A stretch of 64,000 nt of DNA from Leucoraja ocellata (lineage: Eukaryota): the NCBI GenBank assembly GCA_036785375.1, contig JAWMAR010000073.1, forward strand, positions 2,294,001 to 2,358,000. The letters run 5' to 3'. Below the pieces are notes generated by a model, which was given only the letters and a program-made list of their open reading frames with translations, was not told where the DNA came from and did not search any database. This document shows, in pieces, positions 12,726 to 24,109 of this stretch (positions within the stretch are counted from its first letter, which is position 1; the number at the start of each line of letters is the position of its first letter). The position numbers and the translations under genes were made by a program.

Positions 12726-14220
12726 GAACTCTTTAGATTCTGGAGTAGTTCCTGAGGATTGGATGGTAGCTAATGTAACCCCACTTTTTGAAAAGAGAGG
12801 GAGAGAGAAAACGGGGAATTGCTGACCAGTTAGTCTAACATCGGTAGTGGGGAAAATGCTAGAGTCAGTTATTAAAGATGGGATAGCAGCACATTTGGAA
12901 AGTAGTGAAATCATTGGACAAAGTCAGCATGGATTTATGAAAGGTAAATCATGTCTGACGAATCTTATAGAATGTTTCGAAGATGTAACTAGTAGAGTGG
13001 ATAAGGGAGAACCAGTGGATGTGTTATATCTGGACTTTCAGAAGGCTTTTGACAAGGTCCCACATAAGAGATTAGTATGCAAACTTAAAGCACACAGTAT
13101 TGGGGTTTCAGTATTGATGTGGATAGGGAACTGGCTGGCAGACAGGAAGCAAAGAGCAGGAGTAAACGGGTCCTTTTCAGAACGGCAGGCAGTGACTAGT
13201 GGGGTACCACAAGGCTCAGTGCTGGGACCCCAGCTATTTACAATATATATTAATGATTTGGATGAGGGAATTGAATGCAACATCTCCAAGTTTGCGGATG
13301 ACACGAAGCTGGGGGGCAGTGTTAGCTGTGAGGAGGATGCTAGGAGGCTGCAAGGTGACTTGGATAGGTTGGGTGAGTGGGCAAATGCATGGCAGATGCA
13401 GTACAATGTGGATAAATGTGAGGTTATCCACTTTGGTGGGCAAGACCAGGGATTCTTAAGGGGTTAGACAGGCTAGATGCAAGAAGATTGTTCCCGATGT
13501 TGGGGAAGTCCAGAACAAGGGGACACAGTTTAAAGATAAGGGGGAAGTCTTTTAGGACCAAGATAAGAGAAAAAAAATTCACACAGTGGTGAATCTGTGG
13601 AATTCTCTGCCACAAAGTAGTTGAGGCCAGTTCATTGGGTATATTTAAGAGGGAGTTAGATGTGGCCCTTGTGGCTAAAGGGATCAGGGGGTATGGAGAG
13701 AAGGCAGGTACAGGATACCGAGTTGGATGATCAGCCATGATCATATTGAATGGCGGTGCAGGCTTGAAGGGCCGAATCGCCTACTCCTGCACCTGTTTAT
13801 GCACCTATTGTGCTTGGTGGCTGAGCCACCAAGCACGACACCTGGAGGTTGCAGCGAATCGTCCGATCTCTGACCCCTCTCACTCTGGCCACAAACTCTT
13901 TGAATTACTTCCCTCTGGAAGGCGACTCCGGACTGTCAACACTGCCACAGACAGACATAAAAACAGTTTTTATCCACGAGTAGTTGCTCTATTCAACAGA
14001 CAAAAATCTGTTACCTCCCTTTGATCTGGTGTTTTGTTGGTTCACATGCTTGATCAAGGGTGTTTATCATTAAGGTTGTATTATTATTATTGTTCAGTGT
14101 TTTCTGAGTCATTCGCAACTGTCACTGTATGTCATGTTACTTGTGTGCGGAGCACCAAGGCAAATTCCTTGTATGTGAATACTTGGCCAATAAACTTACT
14201 TACTATTTTCTATGTTTCTA
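12726..14220 (+). mobile_element. 5'-truncated CR1 LINE with internal deletion, inside Tc1
   Basis: ORF 12847-13467 has [31 protein letters not shown]; jumps from VIHFGG to the 3' region near 13445; TTCTATGTTTCTA tail. Confidence 0.92.
13805..14203 (+). mobile_element. Rex1/Babar LINE 3' fragment inserted in the CR1 tail
   Basis: DPSHSGHKLFELLPSGRRLRTV..RHKNSFYP motif; AATAAACTTACTTAC tail. Confidence 0.8.
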
Positions 14221-14364
14221 AAACAAGCATAAGCTAAAGATGGCTGCAATACAGGCCTGGCAGAGCATCACCAGAGAAGATACCCAGCAACTGCTGTCCA
14301 TGAATCGCAGACGTTAAGCAGTCATTGCATGCAAAGGATATGCAACAAAATACTAAACATAACT

Positions 14365-14718
14365 AATAATAATGATAATAATAATTATGTCTTTATTATT
14401 ATTGTACTTAGAAAAACAACTAAATTAGGAGAGCTACTCCTGATCAGTGCAACCAAAACAAGTTAAAACAAGATAAAACACATCCAATACATCCAATACG
14501 TTAATTAACTGCTTAAAATAGTAGATAAAGTATGTGTCAATCCTCGGTAGAACATTGCACTGGGAGAATATTGCACTTTAAATGTAATAAATACTTTAAA
14601 AGAATTAAAAAATAAGAAATATTAGCTTAGTGGTCTGTTTTATAATGGAATGGATGACAGCATCTTTCATGTCGTGTGGATATTTGAGGAATTTAGAGTT
14701 CTGATGGCCCAGGGAAAC
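14365..14718 (-). mobile_element. LINE 3' tail fragment inserted in the Tc1 3' region
   Basis: (AAT)n-like tail at left; short AACTA duplication; Tc1 sequence resumes at ACTTTCATTTA. Confidence 0.55.
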
Positions 14719-16114
14719 TACTTTCATTTAAATGTCATTGTTGTGTCCCAAACATTATGGTGCCCTGAAATGGAGGGACTATGTATAAACACTGCTGCAA
14801 TTTCTACATGGTGAAACCAAAATGTATAAAAATAGCCTTTATTAAAACCTGACAATGTGCACTTTATTAACCACATGTGATTTTTTTTTTTCTATTAGAA
14901 ATCTCAAATTGTGGAGTAGAGGGGCAAATAAATAAACAATGAGTCTTTGTCCCAAACATCATGGATGGCACTGTAGATCTTTGGGATGCGGAGGAAAGCG
15001 GTGCACTTGAATGTAACCTATGTAGTCATACACCCAAGGACAAAGTCTGTCTAATCTTTCGAGGCACCACCTTAGTCGTGCTGAAGATTTATAACACTGA
15101 TTAGGCCACAAGGGAACATTGTCATGGATGGCATGGTTGAGTTTGTTCGAGCGGCCATTTCTATGCTGTACAACTCTGGCTCTATGACTAACATGAAAAT
15201 ATGGTCAACATCATATGATAAACAGAGCTAAATTATTAGTAGATAGTTGGACATAAGGTATGAAACAGAGTAACTGTCGATGTTTATGGTCTGGAACTGG
15301 CTACCAGGATTGATGATTAAAAGGGTTATACAGGGTTTTCAAAAGGAATTTTGCTGAGCACTTGGAAGAAAATTATGTAGTTGTGCGACAGACAGAGTGC
15401 ATAATGGAATTGACTAGATTGGTCTAAAATTAGCTGACAAGGATTTAATGGTCTGAGTGCAGTCACAATTCTATATTAGTGGGTTATCAGCTGAAATTGA
15501 AAGTCGTAGTGGTAATATAATAACCATGAGGGACTTTAATTTTACTTTGCAGACTAATCACATCTAATTAGCAGATGTCTGGTGTAAGATAAAATTATAG
15601 AATGTATATGGGAAGGTTTTCTTTACGAGTACATTGCCTTTCCTTGGTTGAATGTTAATTTTCCTCTATTTTATGTAATGAAACTAGGTTAATTGATCAT
15701 CTTGCTATGAAGGGCTTTTAGGGTAGAATAGCCATATTTAAATTTTACAAGGAGTTTGAACATGATGCAGTTCCATCCAAAACTAACACAGGCACTCCCT
15801 GACTTACGCAATAGGCGACCTACATACATTCGCACGTACATAAGCAATTCTATGAGCCTGCTGCTTTATTTCTAGCAAGGAGAAACATGTCCCAAGTAGA
15901 CGAAGGCATGAGAATTTATTACAAATGGAAATTAAACTCAAGAAAAATACACAAACCTAACAGAGATATCACAGGAAGAGTTTTGTGAGAACTAGTATGG
16001 ACATTGTGGGCCAAATGGATTCTTGGGGTGAGAGGTCAGTCACTCAAGCCTGGTGTGCTGGCAGCTCACTCACGGCTGGTGGGCGAGCAGTTGACTCACG
16101 GCTATTCCTTGAAA

Positions 16115-16525
16115 TTCCATTTCAAGCAGGGTGCAAGGCCAGCAAATTTAAATGCAGTTTCCTACCCCTTCAAGCAGGGTGCAAGGCCACCAAATTCAAT
16201 TGTAGTTTCATACCATTTCAAGCAGAGTGTAGGGCCATTAAACTCGTGCAATTTCCTACCGCTTCAAGCAGGGTGCAGGGCCACCAAGCTCAAGTGCAGT
16301 TTCATGCCACTTCAAGCAGAGTGCAAGGCCCCCAAATGCTAGTGCTGTTTAATGCCATTTCAAGCAGGGTGCAAGACCATCAAATTCAAGTGCAGTTTCA
16401 TACCATTTCATGCAGGGTGCAAGGCCACCAAATTCAACTGCAGCTTCATACCATTTCGTGCAGGGTGCAAGGCCACCACCTTCAAATACAGTTTCATGCC
16501 ATTTCAAGCAGGGTGAAACCACCAT
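16115..16525. repeat. Minisatellite, 48-bp unit, about 8.5 copies
   Basis: TTCAAGCAG-type motif starts at 16121, 16169, 16217, 16263, 16311, 16359, 16407, 16455, 16503. Confidence 0.95.
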
Positions 16526-16894
16526 AAAACCACACAAAACACCACATAAACACCACACTCAGTTCAGTAGACATTCAGTGTGTTCAGTTGATTCACAGCT
16601 CAGACAGAGTCATGACCTCTCCTTCCCCCATCTTGTAAAGACTGAGCCACCCACACTTCTGGGCTTTATAATCCCTCCCCCTCCCACTAGAAGGGGCATG
16701 GCCTTCATGGTGTGATTGACAAGAGAGAGATTATCAACATTTTTTAAAACACTAATAACACTTTTATTTTTCATTGATGGGAAGAATCCTCCGCACCTGA
16801 TGAGCGGAGGGCTACTGAGTAAGATGGCCAAAAAAACAGCCGTAAGTGGTAGCATTTTATCTAAAATAAATATAAAGTGCAAACAGGAAGTTGT

Positions 16895-17125
16895 GCGGTT
16901 ACCACCACCAACAACCATTTGCAGTGCAGCATTTCAAAGCAGTTATCGCCACCAACAACCATTTGCAGTGCAGCATTTCATAGCAGTTACCACCACCACC
17001 AACCATTTGCAGTGCAGCATTTCAAAGCTGTTGCCACCACCAACAACCATTTGCAGTGCAGTATTTCAAAGCAGTTACCACCACCAACAACCATTTGCAG
17101 TGCATCATTTCAAAGCAACCACATT
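16895..17125. repeat. Minisatellite, 44-bp unit, about 5 copies
   Basis: ACCATTTGCAGTGCA at 16914, 16958, 17002, 17046, 17090. Confidence 0.95.
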
Positions 17126-19063
17126 TTCATTTTCAAACCACGTTAAGGGCACTCACAGTTGAGTAGGCATGTGTTCAGTGTTATTCACAGCTCAGAGACG
17201 TGACCCTCTCACTTCCTCCGTCTTGCAGAGACTGACTGAGGCACAACACTTCTGGGTTTTATAGTCCCTCCCCCCTCCCACCAGCAGGGGCAGCAGAGAG
17301 AATGTCAACATTTTAAAAACATTAGTAAATCTTTTATTTTTAATCGATGGGAAAAATCCTCTTGTCCTGTGCAGCGGCGAGGACTCTTGAGTAAGATGGC
17401 CAAAAATCACAGCCGTAAGTGGCTGCGTTTTTTCAAAAATCATGAAACAGAAAAACAGGAAGTGGTCAAGATCTTACTTTTAGTAATATAGATAAGAAGC
17501 TGAAAGAAAAACTAATTGCTGGGGTAACTCAGCAATTTGGGCAGCATCTCTGGAAGACGAGGATTGTAGTGGCAGAAAGCTGGAATGAGCTGGGGGCGAG
17601 ACAAAGGCTGGCAAATGATAGGTAGATACAGCCGGGGGGGGGGGGGGGGGGTGTGGGGTGGGGGGAGGTAGATTGGCAAATAGGTGGACAAAGGCTAGAG
17701 ATGTGAAAGAAGATTAAAAAATATGCCTCGAGGGTTATGGGGAGATGGCAGGAGAGGGGTTGAGAGGGAAAGACAAATCAGATGGAAAGATAAATAATGA
17801 TTGAATGACAGTAGTCTTGATGGGCCGAATGGCCTAGTTCTTTCCAAATCTCATGAACTTATGCCTGATAAAGAACGAGGAGTAGTGATGTATGAAGCCA
17901 ATTAGAAGGGTCTGGGGAAAAAGCGTGCATGGTAGTCGGAGAAATGCATGCGCACTCAAGTAAGCCACAGGAAAGATGGGGAAAAGACGTGAATTTAAAA
18001 AAGTACTGGAATAGATGGTGAAACTAAATACACATTTAAATTCAAAGATGCGACGATTTGCAACACTGGTTCATGGGAAGGCGACCTTGTTGTTTGAGGG
18101 GAAATCAAGCAGTCCAGGTCTGAAGAAGAGTGAAAGGAGATCTTATTGAAACTCAAAACCCTCCAGAACTTGACAAGTAAAATACAGGGAGGACGTTTCC
18201 CCTGGTCGAGGAGTGGAAATCAAGGAATTAGTCCAAATAAGAGACAGGACAAACAGTATATAGCAGTGTGTTTAAAAGGAATTGCTTTGGAATTTTGTAT
18301 CCTGGAGGACTGGGGATTGTGTCATTGAGTTATTTCAAAATGGATCTGTGAGGGTATTTAAGGGATGGCACAGGGAAATGCTGTTGTGGTAGATCAGTCA
18401 GGATCTTGATGAAAAGCAGAAGTGGCTTGAAGGGCTAAATTGCTAACTACTTCTATTTAGTTTCTTAGGAAGGTGAATATTGATCTGGTTTGGAAATTAA
18501 CGGGATCAAATAGGCAGGATCGATAAGTGTCTTACAAGAATCTGGGTTATGTCTGCAGCTATTGCATTTATAAAATACTGTAATAGGATAGAAAGTATAG
18601 GTAATTTTGTTAATCATGCAAAGATCTAGCATGATAAGCAATGCAGATAGCTACATTAAATTTCAACTTTATCCATGTAATGCGCAAGATTTAGGCAGAT
18701 GGATTTCAGAACAAATATGGGATCCAAGTAGCGGAGAGGATGATGAAAATCTGGAGCTACTGCAGATATAAATACATTTCTGGGATGATTAAATATCATG
18801 AGCAGATATAGAAAATAATACAGAGCAATTGAATAGCTGACTTTTATATCTAGATGACACAGGAGAATAATTGTTACATACAGAACCCTGATTTGATCAC
18901 ACTTGGAATACTGAGTCGTTTGGGTATCAATTCGAGTTGCAGTCATTGGAATTTGGATTAAGGTTAAAGTTTGTAGGATGTTATGGGAATAACATCTGGG
19001 TAGGGACATTATTTCTGCTGATTTGAAAGACAGACTTAGGGCAATGGCAGTTGTTAAGTGGCT

Positions 19064-19202
19064 TCTTCTTCTTGTGTATGGCGTGCACAGCATAAAGTTG
19101 TAGGACAACTTGTTCTATTTGATCTTATTTGATTGTGCACGCCGGGTTGATTACATTCGGTGAAATAGGGCGGACCACGTGAAGGTTGCAATCTCCTACC
19201 CC
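19064..19202 (-). mobile_element. Short retroposed element with (AAG)n tail
   Basis: CTTCTTCTTCTT at left end; flanked by GTTAAGTGGCT (19053-19063) and GTCAAGTGGCT (19203-19213), a 10/11 TSD. Confidence 0.65.
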
Positions 19203-19294
19203 GTCAAGTGGCTGAATGTGACTTAATCTGAACAAGACGCAGCCATTTTTCTATAATTATAATTGCTTTAGCTAAAGAGGTGAAGAAGTCGTCT

Positions 19295-21301
19295 ATCATT
19301 TGATAAGGGAACTCGAGCCATTAGGAGGTAGTGAACATAATATGCTATGTTTTAATCTACAATTTGAGAGGGAGAAGGGTAAATCGGAGGTGTTGAGCAA
19401 GGGGGACTATGGAGCCATGAGGGAGGAGTTGGCCAAAGTTGACTGGAAAGATACCCAAGCAGGGATGACAGTGGACAACAATGGCAGGTATTTCTGGGAA
19501 TAATACAGAAGGTGCAGGACCGGTTCATTCCAAAGAGGAAGAAAGATTCCAAGGGGAGTAAGGAGCAACCATGGCTGACAAGGGAAGTCGGGGAGAGTAT
19601 AAAAATAAAAGAGAAGAAATATAACATAGCAAAGATGAGCAGGAAGCCAGAGGATTGGGTAACTTTTAAAGAGGAACAGAAGATAACTACAAAGGCAATA
19701 CGGGGAGAAAAGATGAGGTACGAAGGTAAGCTAGCCAAGAATATAAAGGAGGATAGTAAAAGCTTCCTTAGGTATGTGAAGAGGAAAAAACTAGTTAAGG
19801 CCAAAGTTGGACCCTTGAAGACTGAAAAGGGTGAATTTATTATGGGGAACAAGGAAATGGCAGATGAGTTGAACAGGTACTTGGATCTGTCTTCACTAAG
19901 GAGGATACAAACAATCTTCCTGATGTACTAGTGGCCAGAGGATCTGTAGGACATTCACATTAGGCAGGAAATGGTGATGGGTAGATTGATGGGACTGAAG
20001 ATTGTTAAATCCCCAGGGCTTGATGGTCTACATCCCAGGGTACTTAAGGACGTGGCTCTAGAAATCGTGGACACATTGGTGATCATTTTCCAATGTTCTA
20101 TAGATTCAGGATCAGTTCCTGTGGATTGGAGGGTAGCTAATGTTGTCCCACGCTTTAAGAAGGGCGGCAGAGAGAAAACAGGGAATTATAGACCAGTTAG
20201 CCTGACATTGGTGGTGGGGAAGATGCTGGAGTCAATAATAAAATATGAAATAGCGGTACATTTGGATAGCAGTAGCAGGATTGGTCCAAGTCAGCATGGA
20301 TTTACGAAGGGGAATTCATGCTTGACGAATCTTCTGGAATTTTTTGAGGATGTAATCAGGATAATGGACAAGGGAGAGCCCGTGGATGTGGTGTACCTGA
20401 GTTTTCAGAGAGCATTTGATGAAGTCCCACATAGGAGATTAGTGGGGAAAATTAGAGCACATGGTATTGGGGGTTGGGCGCTTACATGGATAGAAAATTG
20501 GTTGGCAGACAGAAAAACAAAGGGTAGGAATTAACGGGTCCCTTTCAGAATGGCAGGCAGTGACTAGTGGGGTACCGCAAGGTTCGGTGCTGGGACCGCA
20601 GCTATTTACAATATATTAATGATTTGGATGAAGGGATTAAAAGTAACATTAGCAAATTTGCAGATGACACAAAACTGGGTGGCAGTGTGAACTATGAAGA
20701 GGATGCTCTGAGGATGCAGCTTAACTTGGACAAGAAGAGCAAGGTGACGTGCCTCAATGACTATCGACCAGTGACACTAACGTCTGTAGTGATGAAGTCC
20801 TTTGAGAGGCTGATCATGGCGCAAATCAACTCGTACCTCGACAAAAACCTGGACCAATAGTCGGATTTACCAAAGTGAGGGCGAGGGATAGAACGAAAGA
20901 CATCCTTAATGGTGGTGTAGCAGTGGTCGAGGGTGCTTGGTCCTTTGGTGCTGCAGGAAACATGTTGGTGGAAGTTATGGAGCAATTTCTTAAGGTTGAG
21001 GGAATCGAGAACCAGGGGCCATAGTTTAAGATTAAGTGGTAAGCCATTTAGAACGGAGATGAGGAAAAACCTTTTCACACAGAGTTGGGAGTGTGTGGAA
21101 TTCTCTGCCTCAGAGGGTGGTGGAGGCTGGTTCTCTGGATGCTTTCAAGAGAGAGTTAGATAGCTTTTATGGATAGCGGAGTTAAGGGATATGGAGAGAA
21201 GGCAGGTATGGGTTACTGATTGTGGATGATCAGCCATGATCACATTGAATGGCGGTGCTGGCTCGAAGGGCCGAATGGCCTACTGCATCTATTGTCTATT
21301 G
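19295..21301 (+). mobile_element. CR1 LINE (end of endonuclease through RT and 3' UTR), frameshifted, with an internal Rex1 patch
   Basis: PLGGSEHN, KSPGLDGLHPRVLK, NYRPVSLT, QHGF, FADDTK; CR1 3' UTR GGCTCGAAGGGCCGAATGGCCTACT. Confidence 0.92.
20732..20992. mobile_element. Two Rex1/Babar ORF fragments in opposite orientation
   Basis: Plus: [27 protein letters not shown] (RT); minus: FHQHVSCSTKGPSTLDHCYTTIKD..PRPHFGKSD (APE endonuclease). Confidence 0.8.
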
Positions 21302-21489
21302 ACATGAGAGATGGCTAAAAAAAAGGGAGGGTGACATAGTAAAATGGTAATGTCATACAAATGTTAAGAATTTCCCTTGACTTGAGGGCTCTTGTGTTAG
21401 TTTCTGACGTTCGATATCAAAACATTTCATGTGCTAGCTCTCAACAACGTGGTTGCGTCAGGGCATCGTGTCCTGGTGCAACCTGATTG

Positions 21490-22075
21490 ACTCAACAGCA
21501 TACCGACGCCTCTACTACTTCAGAAGGTGAAGGAATTTTGGCTTGTGTACCAACAAATCTGACCTATTTCTAATGTTGGAATATGGAAAGCATCTTCTGG
21601 ATGCACCATAACTTGATATGGCAACTGCTTTGCCCAAGGCTACAAGAAATTGCAGAGAGTTATGGGCATAGCAGAGTCCGTCGTGCAAGCCAATCTCCCC
21701 CCCACTTGACACCATGTGTACTTCATGCCGTTTTGGGAAACCAACCAACATAATCAAGGACCGCCCATTCCCCTGTCACTCACCTCTCTCCCATTGGACA
21801 GAAGGTACAAAAGCTATAAAGCATGTCTCACCAGATTCAGGAACCGCTTCTTTCCCGGTGTTATCAGACTCTTGAACAGACTTCTCAGATGCTAGGGATG
21901 AATTCCTGATTTTCCAATCTACCTCTTTGTGACCCATCAACACTTTTTATCTGCACTTTCTCTGTAGCTGTAACACTATGTGTACTCCATTTATTTTTTC
22001 TTTTGCACCATCTGACCTACTCGTGTATAGTGTCAAAACACCAATCTCACTGTATGTCAGTGAACGTCACTATGA
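21490..22075 (+). mobile_element. Degraded Rex1/Babar 3' fragment
   Basis: AAATTGCAGAGAGT, ATAATCAAGGACC, AGAAGGTACAAAAGC, TTCTTTCCCGGTGTTATCAGACTCTTGAAC motifs. Confidence 0.65.
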
Positions 22076-22088
22076 ACTAATGCAATTA

Positions 22089-23694
22089 CAGTGGCTTGCA
22101 AAAGTTTTCATACCCCTTGAACTTTTCCACATTTTGTCACGTTACAACCACAAACGTAAATGTATTTTATCGGGATTTTATGTGATAGACCAACACAAAG
22201 TGGTGCATAATTGTGAAGTGGAAGGAAAATGATACATGGTTTTCAAATATTTTTACAAGTAAAAAACTGAAAAGTGTGGCGTGCAAAAGTATTCAGCCCC
22301 CCTGAGTCAATACTTTGTAGAACCACCTTTCGCTGCAATTCCAGCTGCAAGTCTTTTGGGGTATGTCTCTACCAGCTTTGCACATCTAGAGATTGAAATT
22401 TTTGCCCTTTCTTCTTTGCAAAATAGCTCAAGCTCAGTCAGATTGGATGGAGAGCATCTGTGAACAGCAATTTTCAAGTCTTGCCAGAGATTCTCAATTG
22501 GATTTAGGTCTGGACTTTGACTGGGCCATTCTAACACATGAATATGCTTTGATCTAAACCATTCCATTGTAGCTCTGGCTGTATGTTTAGGGTCGTTGTC
22601 CTGCTGGAAGGTGAACCTCCGCCCCAGTCTCAAGCCTTTTGCAGACTCTAACAGGTTTTCTTCCAAGATTGCCCTGTATTTGGCTCCATCCATCTTCCCA
22701 TCAACTCTGACCAGCTTCCCTGTCCCTGCTGAAGAAAAGCATCCCCACAGCATGATGCTGCCACCACCATGTTTCACAATGGGGATGGTGTGTTCAGGGT
22801 GATGTGCAGTGTTAGTTTTCCGCCACACATAGCGTTTTGCATTTAGGCCAAAAACTTCAATTTTGGTCTCATCTGACCAGAGCACCTTCCTCCACATGTT
22901 TGCTGTGTCCCCCACATGGCTTGTGACAAACTGCAAACAGGACTTCTTATGGCTTTTTTTCAACAATGGCTTTCTTCTTGCCACTCTTCCATAAAGGCCC
23001 GATTTGTGGAGTGCACGACTAATAGTTGTCCTGTGGACAGATTCTCCCACCTGAGCTGTGGATCTCTGCAGCTCCTCCAGAGTTACCATGGGCTTCTTGG
23101 CTGCTTCTCTGATCAATGCTCTCCTTGCCCGGCCTGTCAGTTTAGGTGGACGGCCATGTCTTGGTAGGTTTGCAGTTGTGCCATACTCTTTCCATTTTCG
23201 GATGATGGATTGAACAGTGCTCCGTGAGATGTTCAAAGCTTGGGATATTTTTTTATAACCTAACCCTGCTTTAAACTTCTCCACAACTTTATCCCTGACC
23301 TGTCTGGTGTGTTCCTTGTGCTTCATGATGCTGTTTGTTCACTAATGTTCTCTAACAAACCTCTGAGGCCTTCACAGAACAGCTGTATTTATACTGAGAT
23401 TAGATTACACACAAGTGGACTCTATTTACTAATTAGGTGACTTCTGAAGGCAATTGGTTGTACTGGATTTTATTTTGGCGTATCAGAGTAAAGGGGGCTG
23501 AATATTTTTGCACGCCACACTTTTCAGTTTTTTATTTGTAAAAAAATTTGAAAACCTTCTATCATTTTCCTTCCACTTCACAATTATGTGCCACTTTGTG
23601 TTGGTCTATCACATAAAATCCCAATAAAATACATTTACGTTTGTGGTTGTAACGTGACAAAATGTGGAAAAGTTCAAGGGGTATGAATACTTTT
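22089..23694 (-). mobile_element. Passport-like Tc1 IR/DR transposon, one TIR missing its outer ~11 bp
   Basis: ~210-bp TIRs (22089-22301 vs 23491-23694) with outer and inner DRs; TA at the left end; right end stops at TACTTTT without GCAAGCCACTG-TA. Confidence 0.95.
22307..23326 (-). CDS. Tc1 DD34E transposase, uninterrupted 339 aa, Passport-like
   Basis: Paired-like HTH, GRPP, WSDETK, FQQDNDPKH, SPDLNPIENLW; 34 residues counted between the second D and E; closely resembles flatfish Passport transposase from recall. Confidence 0.95.
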   Translation of the reverse strand: MKHKEHTRQVRDKVVEKFKAGLGYKKISQALNISRSTVQSIIRKWKEYGTTANLPRHGRPPKLTGRARRALIREAAKKPMVTLEELQRSTAQVGESVHRTTISRALHKSGLYGRVARRKPLLKKSHKKSCLQFVTSHVGDTANMWRKVLWSDETKIEVFGLNAKRYVWRKTNTAHHPEHTIPIVKHGGGSIMLWGCFSSAGTGKLVRVDGKMDGAKYRAILEENLLESAKGLRLGRRFTFQQDNDPKHTARATMEWFRSKHIHVLEWPSQSPDLNPIENLWQDLKIAVHRCSPSNLTELELFCKEERAKISISRCAKLVETYPKRLAAGIAAKGGSTKY

Positions 23695-23923
23695 CAAATC
23701 TAGGATTACCTCTTTTGCAGTTTATTTGATCTTTGAGACAATCGATTTCTGTATTTTGTGCCTTTTTTTAATATTAATCCTGACCTGTTCAGCATTTCCA
23801 GTTTTGATCCTTACCAGCAAGAAAATTGCTAATCATTTTTTGATTCTCCTTTCAGTGAATTCATGTTTTAGCATTATTTGAATATTCCCTGCGAAACTAT
23901 AAGCCAGGAATCTGGAGCTTTGC

Positions 23924-24109
23924 GTAGGAAGGAACTGCAGATGCTGGTTTAAATCGAGCAAACAAAATGTATGGGAGGGAACTGCAGATGCTGGATTAAA
24001 CTGAGCAGACGAAATGTGTAGGAAGGAACTGCAGATACTGCTTTAAACCGTAATTCTCTCCAGAGATGCTGCCTGTCCCGCTGAGTTCCTCCAGCTTTTT
24101 GTGTCTAAC
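23924..24109. mobile_element. Penelope pLTR micro-insertion: three tandem inverted starts plus a forward pLTR piece
   Basis: GGAACTGCAGAT unit x3 (~45-bp spacing); flanking repeat TCTGGAGCTTTGC / TCTGGAACTCTGC. Confidence 0.7.

Larger units (their letters stand above)
11831..14358 (+). pseudogene. Tc1 transposase pseudogene, split by CR1
   Basis: HTH segment RDISQTLGFSKSTVWNII, CTDETK, VKHGGGGVMA, QQDNGPKH, DLNPIEHA; frameshifts and stops; C-terminus resumes after 14220. Confidence 0.88.
11462..14973 (+). mobile_element. Tc1-like IR/DR transposon, disrupted by nested LINE insertions
   Basis: TIRs CAGTGCCCTCCATAATGTTTGGGACA / TGTCCCAAACATCATGGATGGCACTG, TA TSD, inner direct repeats near 11672 and 14745; itself splits an older V-SINE-like remnant. 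Confidence 0.92.
15990..17492 (-). mobile_element. Non-autonomous Helitron-like element with internal minisatellites
   Basis: Minus strand begins A|TCTATATTACTAAAAG; CTAG near 15992 is only a candidate 3' end (no clear hairpin); duplicated ~320-bp block and two tandem arrays inside. Confidence 0.55.

Noticed and set aside
16788-16810. Hairpin CCTCCGC-ACCTGATGA-GCGGAGG containing CTGATGA
   Set aside because: No stem II/GAAA arrangement, so not a hammerhead; motif not kept in the duplicate block
15985-17162. Overlapping repetitive ORFs; arrays superficially CRISPR-like
   Set aside because: Produced by 48- and 44-bp tandem repeats without unique spacers; eukaryotic context and no cas genes
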